A stretch of 35,040 nt of DNA from a virus (lineage: Duplodnaviria > Caudoviricetes): the IMG/VR virus record IMGVR_UViG_3300022666_000010, positions 1-35,040 of that record; one strand, written 5' to 3'. A program made the translations under genes and the position numbers. Within the stretch, counting starts at the first letter, position 1, and every line of letters begins with the position of its first letter. The notes under the pieces were generated by a model. The model was not told the DNA's origin and did not search any database. It saw only the letters and a list, made by a program, of their open reading frames with translations. This document shows, piece after piece, positions 9,073 to 17,784 of the stretch.

Positions 9073-9252
9073 ATGACGGGATTACCCGAAAAAGCGTATT
9101 ACCGACCCGACGAAATAGCGGCATATTTCAGCGTAACGCCCCGGACCGTTCTCAACTGGATTGATACTGGGAAATTACCGGCAGTCAAGATCGCCGGGAC
9201 TACTGTGCGGATATCGCGTGATGCACTTGTGAGTTTGCTCAACGCAAAATAA
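9073..9252 (+). CDS. Xis/MerR-like winged HTH DNA-binding protein (HTH_17-like)
   Basis: YRPDEIAAYFSVTPRTVLNWIDTGKLPAVK...VRI; AAGGAGGT RBS. Confidence 0.88.
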   Translation: MTGLPEKAYYRPDEIAAYFSVTPRTVLNWIDTGKLPAVKIAGTTVRISRDALVSLLNAK

Positions 9253-9256
9253 AGTT

Positions 9257-9324
9257 AGAAAATCAAGAAAATCAAGAAAATCCTACCTATCTAAAACCCC
9301 TTATTTGCACTCAGAATAAGGGGT
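9257..9324 (+). promoter_or_regulatory. Three 9-bp direct repeats plus a hairpin covering the portal RBS
   Basis: AGAAAATC(A/C) x3 at 9257-9283; perfect 10-bp inverted repeat ACCCCTTATT/AATAAGGGGT at 9296-9324. Confidence 0.6.
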
Positions 9325-9325
9325 A

Positions 9326-10630
9326 ATGATACGAAAACCCCTCGCATACATCATGAACGCGGCCGCAAGGCTGTTCAATCTGTCTTTGAACGACCCGAAG
9401 GCATGGGACCCGTCGCTCTGGCGGTTTGCCGGGGCGACCTCCGAATCAGGGGAGTGCGTAACCGAGCAGACGGCGCTTACCTATTCCGCCGTTTGGTGCG
9501 CCGTCAACCTGATTTCAGGAACAGTGTCAACCCTGCCGCTCCACCTCCTCAGAAATGACCGTCGAAAGACGATAAAAGCCACCGAAAACCCGATTTTCGA
9601 CGTGCTTTATGCGCAGGCCAATCCAATCATGACCGCGCAGATTTACCGCGAGGTTGAAACCGCGCACCTGCTGACATGGGGTAATGCCTTCTCGGAAATA
9701 GTTCGGGACGGGTTCGGAAACGTGGTCGAACTGTGGCCGATCCCTCCGAACCGTGTCCGAATTGTGATGAAAGAGGGCGTTTTGACGTACCTGGTGCGCG
9801 TTGGTGGTGACGAAATAGCGCTGACCAGGGACAAAATCCTTCATGTTGCCGGGCCTGGCTTCGACGGTTTCATGGGTTATTCCGTTATTGCGATGGCGAG
9901 GAAGTCAATCGGCCTCGCGATGGCGATGGAGACGTTCGGAAGCCGGTTTTTCGGGGCTGGAACCCATCCGGGGCTAATCGTTTCGCATCCCGGCAAGATG
10001 AGTCCGCAGGCGCACGAAAGCCTGCAAACCGCCCTTACACAGTCATACAGCGGCCTCGGCCAGTCACACCGCCTCATGCTCCTTGAAGAGGGAATGAAAC
10101 CTGAAAAACTAGGCGTTTCGCCCGAAGATTCGCAGTTTTTGGAGTCAAGACAGTTCCAGATTCCGGAAATTGCCCGCTGGTTCAACCTTCCTCCGCACAA
10201 ATTGAAAGACCTTACAAAGAGCAGTTTCAGCAACATCGAGGCCGAACAGATCAGTTTTGTGGTTGACTCCATCCTTCCCTGGCTCGTCAGAAAAGAGCAG
10301 TGTTACAACTCGCAACTGCTCACAAAAGACCAGAGAACGAAGCAAAAACTGTATTTCCGGCACAATGTCGACGGTTTAATGCGCGGAAATGCGAAAGATC
10401 GCTCCGAATATTACAAGACAATGTGGAACAACGGCTTTATGACGCAGAACGAGGTGCGGGAAAAGGAGAACATGGACCCGGCAGAAGATCCAATCGCGGA
10501 TCAGTTATTCGTTCCGTTGAATATGGTCCCTCTTGGCATGCTGAAGGAACAACTAGCAAAAAACGACCAAAAAACGCCCATCCCAGGCGATAAAAATACG
10601 GATACCGCAGCAAACAGGAGTCAATTATGA
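9326..10630 (+). CDS. Portal protein, HK97 family
   Basis: SAVWCAVNLIS, GNAF, SPEDSQFLESRQFQ..EIARWFNLPP, MTQNEVREKEN. Confidence 0.97.
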   Translation: MIRKPLAYIMNAAARLFNLSLNDPKAWDPSLWRFAGATSESGECVTEQTALTYSAVWCAVNLISGTVSTLPLHLLRNDRRKTIKATENPIFDVLYAQANPIMTAQIYREVETAHLLTWGNAFSEIVRDGFGNVVELWPIPPNRVRIVMKEGVLTYLVRVGGDEIALTRDKILHVAGPGFDGFMGYSVIAMARKSIGLAMAMETFGSRFFGAGTHPGLIVSHPGKMSPQAHESLQTALTQSYSGLGQSHRLMLLEEGMKPEKLGVSPEDSQFLESRQFQIPEIARWFNLPPHKLKDLTKSSFSNIEAEQISFVVDSILPWLVRKEQCYNSQLLTKDQRTKQKLYFRHNVDGLMRGNAKDRSEYYKTMWNNGFMTQNEVREKENMDPAEDPIADQLFVPLNMVPLGMLKEQLAKNDQKTPIPGDKNTDTAANRSQL

Positions 10631-11565
10631 AATCTTCCCGGTATAACCGGAGTCCGTTCAACCGGCGAGTACATAACGGCCTCCGCATCGAGAACAAGAA
10701 CGAAGAGGCTACGGTTTATCTGTTTGATGAGATTTCATGGTTCGGTGTTTCTGCTGATAAATTTGTCAAAGAGTTGCAGAACATCACAGCCGGGACTATT
10801 CACGTCCGTATCAACTCCCCTGGTGGGTCTGTATTCGATGGTACCGCCATATACAACGCCCTGAAACAGCACTCTGCAAGGGTAATAATCCACGTTGACG
10901 GCCTGGCCGCATCGATTGCGTCTGTGATTGTTATGGCAGGGGACGAGGTTGTTATGGGTGAAGGATCGTACCTGATGGTTCATGAGCCGTGGTCGATAAT
11001 GATTGGAACCGCTGACGATTTTCGTCAGGAGGCTGATTTGCTCGACAAGGTGGGTGGCACTATATCAGGAATCTACCAGGGCAAGACCGGCAAGGACGCC
11101 CAGGAAATAAACGACATGATGGCCGCCGAAACCTGGCTCACCGCCGATGAAGCGGTTGCAATGGGATTCGCCGACAGGGTTGATAAAGGCGCAAGCGACG
11201 GCAAGAAGGCGCAGGCCAAGAACCTGTTTGACCTCTCCGTTTTTGCCAACGTGCCGGATGCGCTGATGGAATCGAAAGGCGTACCGGATGAAAGGACGTT
11301 AGAGCGCATCTTGAGAGATTCAGGATGCAGTAAAAAGCAGGCGCAAGCGATACTTGCAAAGGGGTACTCAGACGATTTGAGAGATTCAGATCCCGCCGAT
11401 GATATTCCGCCGACTGAGCCTTTGAGAGATTCAGAGCCTACGCCGGTAAAAGCCAAGGATCGCACAGCAGAACTGCCTAAAAATATGCCGAGTGACGATA
11501 CCGACTTTGAATTACAAGTCATTATGGCGCTTCAGAAAGCAAAAAATAATCATTTATCGCCGTAA
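10627..11565 (+). CDS. ClpP-type (S14) prohead maturation protease
   Basis: INSPGGSVFDG, GLAASIAS, MVHEP, ETWLTADEAV.MGFAD. Confidence 0.95.
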   Translation: MKSSRYNRSPFNRRVHNGLRIENKNEEATVYLFDEISWFGVSADKFVKELQNITAGTIHVRINSPGGSVFDGTAIYNALKQHSARVIIHVDGLAASIASVIVMAGDEVVMGEGSYLMVHEPWSIMIGTADDFRQEADLLDKVGGTISGIYQGKTGKDAQEINDMMAAETWLTADEAVAMGFADRVDKGASDGKKAQAKNLFDLSVFANVPDALMESKGVPDERTLERILRDSGCSKKQAQAILAKGYSDDLRDSDPADDIPPTEPLRDSEPTPVKAKDRTAELPKNMPSDDTDFELQVIMALQKAKNNHLSP

Positions 11566-11585
11566 CGGCAAAAAGGAGTAATGCA

Positions 11586-12899
11586 ATGAAAACGATTAGT
11601 CAATTGCAAGATGAAATCAAAAAGTACATGGCGAACGCTGCCGAGTTTGACGCCATCGCTACAGCACAAAACCGGAACTTGACTGAAGAGGAGATCGGGA
11701 CCAAGAACGCTATTTTTGACCGAGTTAATCTGATGAAAAGGGAGATAGATAGTCGGCTCGAACAGGAGAGACTGCTTGCGGAACTTAGTGCGCCGCAGGA
11801 CGCAGTAACACAGCCGAAGCCTGACGCGGCCGGCATCACCGTACCGAGGGATTCTCGTAGCGGCGACCGCTTTTCCTCTTTCGGTGAGCAGCTCATGGCA
11901 ATCCGCAATGTCGGCTGTCCAGGTGGCCACGCCGATCCTCGGCTGTTTAATGCCGCAACCGGGCTTAATGAAGGCACCCCGTCTGATGGTGGCTTCCTTG
12001 TCCAGCAGGATTTCAGCACGGTGCTGCTCCAGGACGTGTTTGAAACCGGTGTACTTTCCTCACGGTGCCGGATGCAGCCTATTTCCGGTGGATCCAACGG
12101 TATCACCATCAACGGCGTTGATGAAACGTCCCGCGCCTCCTCCCGGTTCGGCGGCATCCTCGGGTACTGGCTGGATGAGGCAGGGGAGAAAACGGCCAGC
12201 CGTCCGAAATTCCGCAAAATAGAACTGAAACTCAAGAAGCTGATTGGTCTCTGCTACGCAACCGATGAGCTGCTCGACGATGCCCCGGCGCTTGGTTCTT
12301 TCATTGAGCAGGGATTTAAGAGCGAGTTCGGCTTCCTGGTTGACAACGCAATCGTAAACGGATCTGGCGCAGGACAGCCTCTCGGGATCCTTAATTCAGG
12401 GTGTCTGGTATCGGTTGCCAAGGAAGCGGGCCAGGGCGCAAAAACCATCCTCGCCGAAAACGTGATGAATATGTATTCCCGCATGTTCGCGGCATCGCGG
12501 TCCAATGCAGTGTGGCTCATCAATCAGGATATCGAACCGCAACTTTTCCAAATGAGCATCTCGGTTGGCACTGGCGGCATCCCGGTTTATATGCCTGCTG
12601 GCGGCCTTTCCGGCCTCCCATATGGAACCCTGTTCGGCCGTCCGGTCCTTCCGATCGAGCACGCGGCGACCCTCGGCACGCAGGGCGACATCATCTTTGC
12701 CGACCTCAACGGGTACGTCCTGGCGCAGAAGGACGGCATCAAGGCGGATACCTCCATTCACGTCAAATTCGTATATGACGAATCGGTGTTCCGTTTCGTG
12801 ATGCGGATCGACGGCCAGCCGGTGCGTTCTACTCCGCTCACCCCGGCAAAGGGCAGCAATACCCAGTCCCATTTCATCACCCTCGACACCCGCGCATAA
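11586..12899 (+). CDS. Major capsid protein, HK97 fold
   Basis: N-terminal coiled-coil delta domain, DGGFLV, NGSGAGQPLGIL, TLFGRPV, RIDGQP. Confidence 0.95.
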   Translation: MKTISQLQDEIKKYMANAAEFDAIATAQNRNLTEEEIGTKNAIFDRVNLMKREIDSRLEQERLLAELSAPQDAVTQPKPDAAGITVPRDSRSGDRFSSFGEQLMAIRNVGCPGGHADPRLFNAATGLNEGTPSDGGFLVQQDFSTVLLQDVFETGVLSSRCRMQPISGGSNGITINGVDETSRASSRFGGILGYWLDEAGEKTASRPKFRKIELKLKKLIGLCYATDELLDDAPALGSFIEQGFKSEFGFLVDNAIVNGSGAGQPLGILNSGCLVSVAKEAGQGAKTILAENVMNMYSRMFAASRSNAVWLINQDIEPQLFQMSISVGTGGIPVYMPAGGLSGLPYGTLFGRPVLPIEHAATLGTQGDIIFADLNGYVLAQKDGIKADTSIHVKFVYDESVFRFVMRIDGQPVRSTPLTPAKGSNTQSHFITLDTRA

Positions 12900-12909
12900 T
12901 AACCTATCA

Positions 12910-12927
12910 GGGGCGGGCAACCGCCCC
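12910..12927 (+). other. GC-rich hairpin with GNRA loop after the capsid gene (mRNA stability or weak terminator)
   Basis: GGGGCGG-GCAA-CCGCCCC; no U-tract on the + strand. Confidence 0.6.
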
Positions 12928-12941
12928 AAAAGGAGCACGAT

Positions 12942-13412
12942 ATGAAATTTGCAGAAGAGTATAAAATCGTACCGGTCCTGACCTCCGCCAATATCGGGGC
13001 CTCGACCGACTGCGACAGTATCGACATGAGCAAATACCACCGCGCCACGTTCATCGTAACCTGTGGCGCCACCACCGGCGATGTAACATTCACGCCGACC
13101 TCCGGCGCGACCGAAGGCGCGAAAACCGCCGCCGTCCCGCTGAAATATGCACTGGGCGGCGCAGCCATTGGGACCGCCGTCGCCGGCAGCACCGCATCAT
13201 GTGACGTGCTCGGCGCTACCGGATCGCACGCGTCTGCCATCGCCCTCACCTGCACAACCAAGATGGTTGTCATCCAGATCGACGCGGCATCCATGACGCT
13301 CGGCCACAAGTGGTTGACCCTGACGTGTGCCGCAACTGCTGGCATCCTGCACGTGGTGGCAATACTCGAGCCGCGATTTACCGGCAACCGTTCAGCAACC
13401 GCGCTGAAATAG
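12942..13412 (+). CDS. Probable capsid decoration/cement protein
   Basis: Follows the capsid gene; Ala/Thr-rich beta pattern; SIDMSKY...F...G. Confidence 0.6.
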   Translation: MKFAEEYKIVPVLTSANIGASTDCDSIDMSKYHRATFIVTCGATTGDVTFTPTSGATEGAKTAAVPLKYALGGAAIGTAVAGSTASCDVLGATGSHASAIALTCTTKMVVIQIDAASMTLGHKWLTLTCAATAGILHVVAILEPRFTGNRSATALK

Positions 13413-13421
13413 GGGGACACT

Positions 13422-13925
13422 ATGAATTACTCACCATCTACACGTGAGCGCGTCGGGGATATGGTGCGCGGCCTGATCGTTGAAACCGCCACCCTGAATG
13501 CCACGGCGGCCCTTGTCAGTACACCCAAAGACCTTTTTACCGTCTATGGCCTGGTGCGCATCCTCACACTGGAAATGGAAGTCGTGACCGTGCTTGGCGC
13601 AGACGCGACAACCCTCACCTATTCCTTTGACGCCAGCAGCCCGGCAGTCGCGACAGCGGCAATATCGGGGGCCTCCGCATCATTGGCGAACCTGGCCGTG
13701 GCAAAGCGGGTCAAGCTGTCCGGTACGGCGCTTAACACCGCGCCGATTGTATCGGCAAACCCGGCAATCTCTTTGACTGCAAATGCATCCATCGACCTCG
13801 GCTGCATCAACGGGGTTGGCACAATCACCAGCACAGGCGGAACCGCCGATGCGACTTCCGGAACAGTCAAGTTCCGTGTTGCATACGTACCGATAACCGC
13901 TGGCGCTTATATCGCAGCGGCATAA
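13422..13925 (+). CDS. Probable virion structural (decoration-like) protein
   Basis: Ala/Thr/Val-rich; C-terminal GTVKFRVAY strand; head-module position. Confidence 0.55.
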   Translation: MNYSPSTRERVGDMVRGLIVETATLNATAALVSTPKDLFTVYGLVRILTLEMEVVTVLGADATTLTYSFDASSPAVATAAISGASASLANLAVAKRVKLSGTALNTAPIVSANPAISLTANASIDLGCINGVGTITSTGGTADATSGTVKFRVAYVPITAGAYIAAA

Positions 13926-13967
13926 CCTTCCGGGGCCGGTCCGTATGACGGCCCCTCGGAGCACTAC

Positions 13968-14324
13968 ATGAAATCAATCGCAATCGCAACCATCGCCGCC
14001 GTGCTCTGCCTGTCGTTCGTGGCGCTGGCAACGCCTCCGGAGCTGCCGAAGGACGGCGCGAAAATCAAGATCATGGCCCACGCACCGAGCGCCGGGAAAG
14101 ACCAGATCCTGACCGTAAATTCCACCACGGTGGATATGTCCAGTGATCTATCCTGGGGCGTCTACTCCCCCGTAGACTGCAAATTCCGCACGATGTCAAC
14201 CTCGACGAAGGTTGGCGTGCAGAAAACAATCCCCTCCGGCGCATGGCACGTTCGTGGACTGCGGGACAGATCCAGGTTCGTCAATTACTCCGGATGCACC
14301 GCGGCGGAGTTGGAGCGTCAATGA
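13968..14324 (+). CDS. Hypothetical protein with N-terminal signal peptide
   Basis: MKSIAIATIAAVLCLSFVALA|T; GGAG RBS; ATGA overlap with the next gene. Confidence 0.65.
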   Translation: MKSIAIATIAAVLCLSFVALATPPELPKDGAKIKIMAHAPSAGKDQILTVNSTTVDMSSDLSWGVYSPVDCKFRTMSTSTKVGVQKTIPSGAWHVRGLRDRSRFVNYSGCTAAELERQ

Positions 14325-15271
14325 AGACTGTCCAGTTCACAGCCCCGGCAACCGAGCCGATCTCCCTATCCGAGTTGAAAACGCACCTGCGCATTGACTC
14401 GGGGACGTTTGCTGGCAACGTGGATTCCACGCAATCCGTGGCGCCGGGTTCGCACGCTATCACCGAGGGCTATGCGCTGATCGGAACGGCGGTGGATGTG
14501 CTCGGTTATTCGGCACTGGTGCTGCTTGAATCCGGCACGAACGGGGCGACCGGAACGGTTGACGTGAAGATCCAGGAATCGGACGACAACATCACGTTCA
14601 CGGACTGGACCGGGGGCGCGTTCACTCAGGTCACGACGGCGAACGATAACGCCACATATGAGATGGCCTACACCGGCACGAAGCAATATATCCGCGTCGC
14701 TTGCAAGGTCCTCCTGGCGGCCTGTGAATTCGGGGTCTCCGTGGTGCGTAATGCCGCAGCCGTGACCGAGGATGCATTACTGACGGCCATCATTACAGCG
14801 GCACGGGAACACATCGAGGACATTACCGGGCGGGCGCTCATTACGCAGGCCTGGGATTGCTACCTCGACGCATGGCCGGGATGGGGGAATAACATCGTCC
14901 TGCCATTCGGCAATCTGCAATCGGTAACGCACATCAAATGGACGGACTCGGACGGGGCCGAAACGACCCTGACAGAAAACACGGATTACCTCGTGGAGAC
15001 GAGCGGCGACGGCAACGGGCGCATCGTGCTGCCGTATGGCGGGAGCTGGCCCTCCGGGACCTTGTACCCATCGAACCCGATTGTAATCCGGATCGTGTGC
15101 GGGTGGGCGTCGGCGGCCGCTGTGCCGTTCAAAATCAAAGCGGCGCTGCTGCTGGTGGCCGGCGACCTCTACGAAAACAGAGAAGCGCAGAATATCAGCA
15201 GCGCAGGGTACCAGCAGAACAGGGCGGTTGACATGCTCCTTGCCTCGTCCCGGTTATGGGTGAGGGTATGA
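14321..15271 (+). CDS. Head-tail adaptor (gp6/phiE125 gp8-like) with an inserted ~120-aa domain
   Basis: EPISLSELKTHLRID...EDALL..II.AAREHIE.ITGRALITQ...KAALLLVAGDLYENRE. Confidence 0.88.
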   Translation: MKTVQFTAPATEPISLSELKTHLRIDSGTFAGNVDSTQSVAPGSHAITEGYALIGTAVDVLGYSALVLLESGTNGATGTVDVKIQESDDNITFTDWTGGAFTQVTTANDNATYEMAYTGTKQYIRVACKVLLAACEFGVSVVRNAAAVTEDALLTAIITAAREHIEDITGRALITQAWDCYLDAWPGWGNNIVLPFGNLQSVTHIKWTDSDGAETTLTENTDYLVETSGDGNGRIVLPYGGSWPSGTLYPSNPIVIRIVCGWASAAAVPFKIKAALLLVAGDLYENREAQNISSAGYQQNRAVDMLLASSRLWVRV

Positions 15272-15591
15272 GAGCGGGCAACCTCCGACACAGAATCACC
15301 ATCGAGCAGAAGACCCTCGCCCGCGACACCTACGGCGGTGAGGTGGTTACGTGGACCACGTTTGCAACTGTATGGGCTGACATCCAGCCGTTGAACGGCC
15401 GCGAATTGATAGCGGCTCAAGCGGTGCAATCTGAAATCACCGGGAAAATTTTCATCCGCTATCTGCCGGGGGTCACGGCGGGGATGCGGGTTTCCTACTG
15501 CGGCAAATATTACGACATCCAGGTCCCTATCGACCCTGGCCTTAAACATCGAGAATTGCAGCTTCTTGTTTCCGAGGGGCTGACGAAATAG
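15268..15591 (+). CDS. Head closure protein (SPP1 gp16-like)
   Basis: MRAGNLRHRITIEQ...W..FATVWA.I.PL.GRE...IRY. Confidence 0.92.
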   Translation: MRAGNLRHRITIEQKTLARDTYGGEVVTWTTFATVWADIQPLNGRELIAAQAVQSEITGKIFIRYLPGVTAGMRVSYCGKYYDIQVPIDPGLKHRELQLLVSEGLTK

Positions 15592-15600
15592 GGAGTCCCC

Positions 15601-15699
15601 ATGAAACGCCTTCTCTTCCTCATCCTCTCCATCCTCCTCCTCGCGCCGCTGGCATACGCTGGTGGGTATGCAACAAAAAACACGGGGGTTCCGAAATGA
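15601..15699 (+). CDS. 32-aa ORF that is mostly a signal peptide (possible gene remnant; not in ORF track)
   Basis: Hand translation MKRLLFLILSILLLAPLAYA|GGYATKNTGVPK*; GGGAG RBS; ATGA overlap. Confidence 0.5.
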   Translation: MKRLLFLILSILLLAPLAYAGGYATKNTGVPK

Positions 15700-16130
15700 A
15701 AAAAATCGTATTCATATTGAGTGTCTTTCTGTGCTGTTCGGGGTTTGGTTTCGTAAGTGGTGGCGCTCCTATTGCCACCGATGCCAGGGCAGGCAAAGTC
15801 AAACCTGGGAGAGGGTTAAGCGTTGCGTCTGATGGCACGCTTACCGTCACTGCCACATTCCCCTATGTTTCAGCAATTAATACAGACACTACGATTGGCA
15901 GTACTAATAGTGTCGTTGTTGTATCTGGAAATACTATTATAACTCTGCCGACTGCTGTTGGCGCGGTTGGTAAGCAATATATCATAATCAAAGCTGATAG
16001 CTCGGCAACGCAAACCACCGTTATAACAACATCAAGTCAGACAATAAACGGAATGCTCACTGTATACCTTAATACTCAATACGAAGTGTTGAGAGTTTTA
16101 TCGGATAACTCCAACTGGTTAATATATTAG
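15696..16130 (+). CDS. Fibre-like protein with N-terminal signal-like sequence
   Basis: GKVKPGRGLSVASDGTL fibre motif and ITLPTA...G..Y.IIK.D...QTING...SD.SNW domain; AT-rich. Confidence 0.6.
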   Translation: MKKIVFILSVFLCCSGFGFVSGGAPIATDARAGKVKPGRGLSVASDGTLTVTATFPYVSAINTDTTIGSTNSVVVVSGNTIITLPTAVGAVGKQYIIIKADSSATQTTVITTSSQTINGMLTVYLNTQYEVLRVLSDNSNWLIY

Positions 16131-16140
16131 GGGGTGCATA

Positions 16141-17619
16141 ATGTCGTCCAACTTGGTAACAATAGCAACATTACCTGCATTTTATAGCCGTGACATCGCG
16201 TGGTCAATCAAGGGTAGAAGTGATGCTGCGGATCGCTATACCATCTTGTCTCCAACTGCATTAGCGGTAAATGTAGGCGGGTTGGGTTATGTTCAAAATG
16301 CGCAAGCGTCTATTGATTTATCTGTGGTGGCAAATTGGGATACTGTGTCAGGCACCGACTACACGGTTGCAGCCACCCGTGCGGGCAAGGATTTCTACGT
16401 CTATGCCTGCCAGCAAGCAAGCTCGGCACCCAAACTGGTGCTGTCCGCCAACTCCACCGTACCGACCGGATACACCGCAGACAACAGCCGAAAGGTGGCA
16501 GGATTCCACTGCCTGTGCGTAGCGGCCGGCACTATCAGCGGCCATGCCCTGACCGGGTTCGTTGCCGGAGACATCCTGCCGGAATCGGTGTGGGACCTGT
16601 CGTTCCGGCCTGCCTGTTCTCCCGAGGGGATGGTCTACGACGCAAAATCGGATCTCTGGGTGGATATCTATTTAGCCTCCGGTACCGGCGCCTCGACTGC
16701 ATCCGCATACAACGCCACTATTACCGACACCCGCAACTGGATGGATTTTGTGGACGACCTGGGAGCGGTCGGCAAACGATTGCTGACCGACCCTGAATTC
16801 CAGCTGGCCGCCTCAGGCAGTAATGAGGAAACCAACATCGCGGGCAGCGCGGACCCGGTCACCACTGGCGGGCACGTCGATACCGCCGGACGGCGCATGA
16901 TATCCAGCATCGGCCTTGAAGACTGCTGCGGCGCCATGTACCAATGGCTGTTGGACCAGTCTTTCCGCTGCGACCCGGACGGCACCGTGCAGGCCGCGGG
17001 CCTGACGTTCACCGTCACCTATGCGGCATCTCCGGGCGGGAACCCGATTTACCTGAAGCAGAGCGCTGACGGCCAGTTCTATCTGGCTTGCACCATGGCC
17101 AGCGCAGCAGCGGACAAGCAGATAGGCCCTACCAACTACAAGGTGCCCATCAAACACGACGCCTCGGCCGCCACCGGGGCCATCGGCCAGGTGTACCACA
17201 ACTCGGGCGGGACCAATCCGGTTAAGATTCTGTGCAACATCAGCACGATTGCGAAGGACGTGTTTCTGCCGAGCAACAATCCGACCTACTTCCTGCAAAT
17301 CAAGCACGACGCCTCGGCAGCCACCAACGGGCGGGCACTGTACTATGACGACGCGGACAACAGGCTGGAATGTACTACCGCATCGGCGGCCAACGACTCG
17401 GCCGACCTGGCCCTGAACAGCCAGAGTTTCAACTGGTATGACCTTCCCGGCGCTAAAGGCAGCATTTACCGGCAGGGCAGCGTCGGAGACGTGAAGCTGC
17501 TGGCCGGCGGTTCTTGGTTTAATGGGGCGCTTGCCGGTTCGCGCTGCCGTTCTGCGGTTAACTATCGCTGGAGCACGTCTTCGACTTACGGTGCGCGCGG
17601 GTGCGCCCGGAGCCGGTAA
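16141..17619 (+). CDS. Mtd-like receptor-binding/fibre protein with C-terminal CLec (FGE-type) domain; DGR target
   Basis: GYTADNSRKVAGFH, PEGMVY...WVDIYL, KRLL...EF, D.CG.MYQW and terminal LLAGGSW...AGSRCR...GARG motifs. Confidence 0.85.
   Translation: MSSNLVTIATLPAFYSRDIAWSIKGRSDAADRYTILSPTALAVNVGGLGYVQNAQASIDLSVVANWDTVSGTDYTVAATRAGKDFYVYACQQASSAPKLVLSANSTVPTGYTADNSRKVAGFHCLCVAAGTISGHALTGFVAGDILPESVWDLSFRPACSPEGMVYDAKSDLWVDIYLASGTGASTASAYNATITDTRNWMDFVDDLGAVGKRLLTDPEFQLAASGSNEETNIAGSADPVTTGGHVDTAGRRMISSIGLEDCCGAMYQWLLDQSFRCDPDGTVQAAGLTFTVTYAASPGGNPIYLKQSADGQFYLACTMASAAADKQIGPTNYKVPIKHDASAATGAIGQVYHNSGGTNPVKILCNISTIAKDVFLPSNNPTYFLQIKHDASAATNGRALYYDDADNRLECTTASAANDSADLALNSQSFNWYDLPGAKGSIYRQGSVGDVKLLAGGSWFNGALAGSRCRSAVNYRWSTSSTYGARGCARSR
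17494..17616 (+). other. Putative DGR variable region (VR)
   Basis: Putative variable codons all end in a pyrimidine (TCT, TTT, AAT, CTT, TCT, GTT, AAC, TAT, AGC, TCT, ACT, TAC) between constant G/W/A/S/R/C codons, as expected from AAY template codons. Confidence 0.7.
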
Positions 17620-17661
17620 ACGTAGATCGTCAAACGTTCTTCGCGCACGTCATGCGCACTG

Positions 17662-17775
17662 CGTGTGCTCTTCACCGGCAGCGACGTGCTCATCGAGCAG
17701 ATGGAGAAATATGGCGACCAGATACCGTTTGCGGCGACCATCAAAAAGATAGACAGGTACTACACCCTGTCGTGA
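17662..17775 (+). pseudogene. C-terminal fragment of a small protein I associate with phage DGR loci
   Basis: RVLFTGSDVLIEQMEKYGDQIPFAATIKKIDRYYTLS*; in-frame TAG at 17623; no convincing RBS/start. Confidence 0.6.
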
Positions 17776-17784
17776 GGTGACTAT

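Noticed and set aside
17149-17325. IKHDASAAT duplication as a DGR TR/VR pair
   Set aside because: Both copies are in-frame coding, short, and differ at synonymous third positions in both directions rather than only at template adenines.
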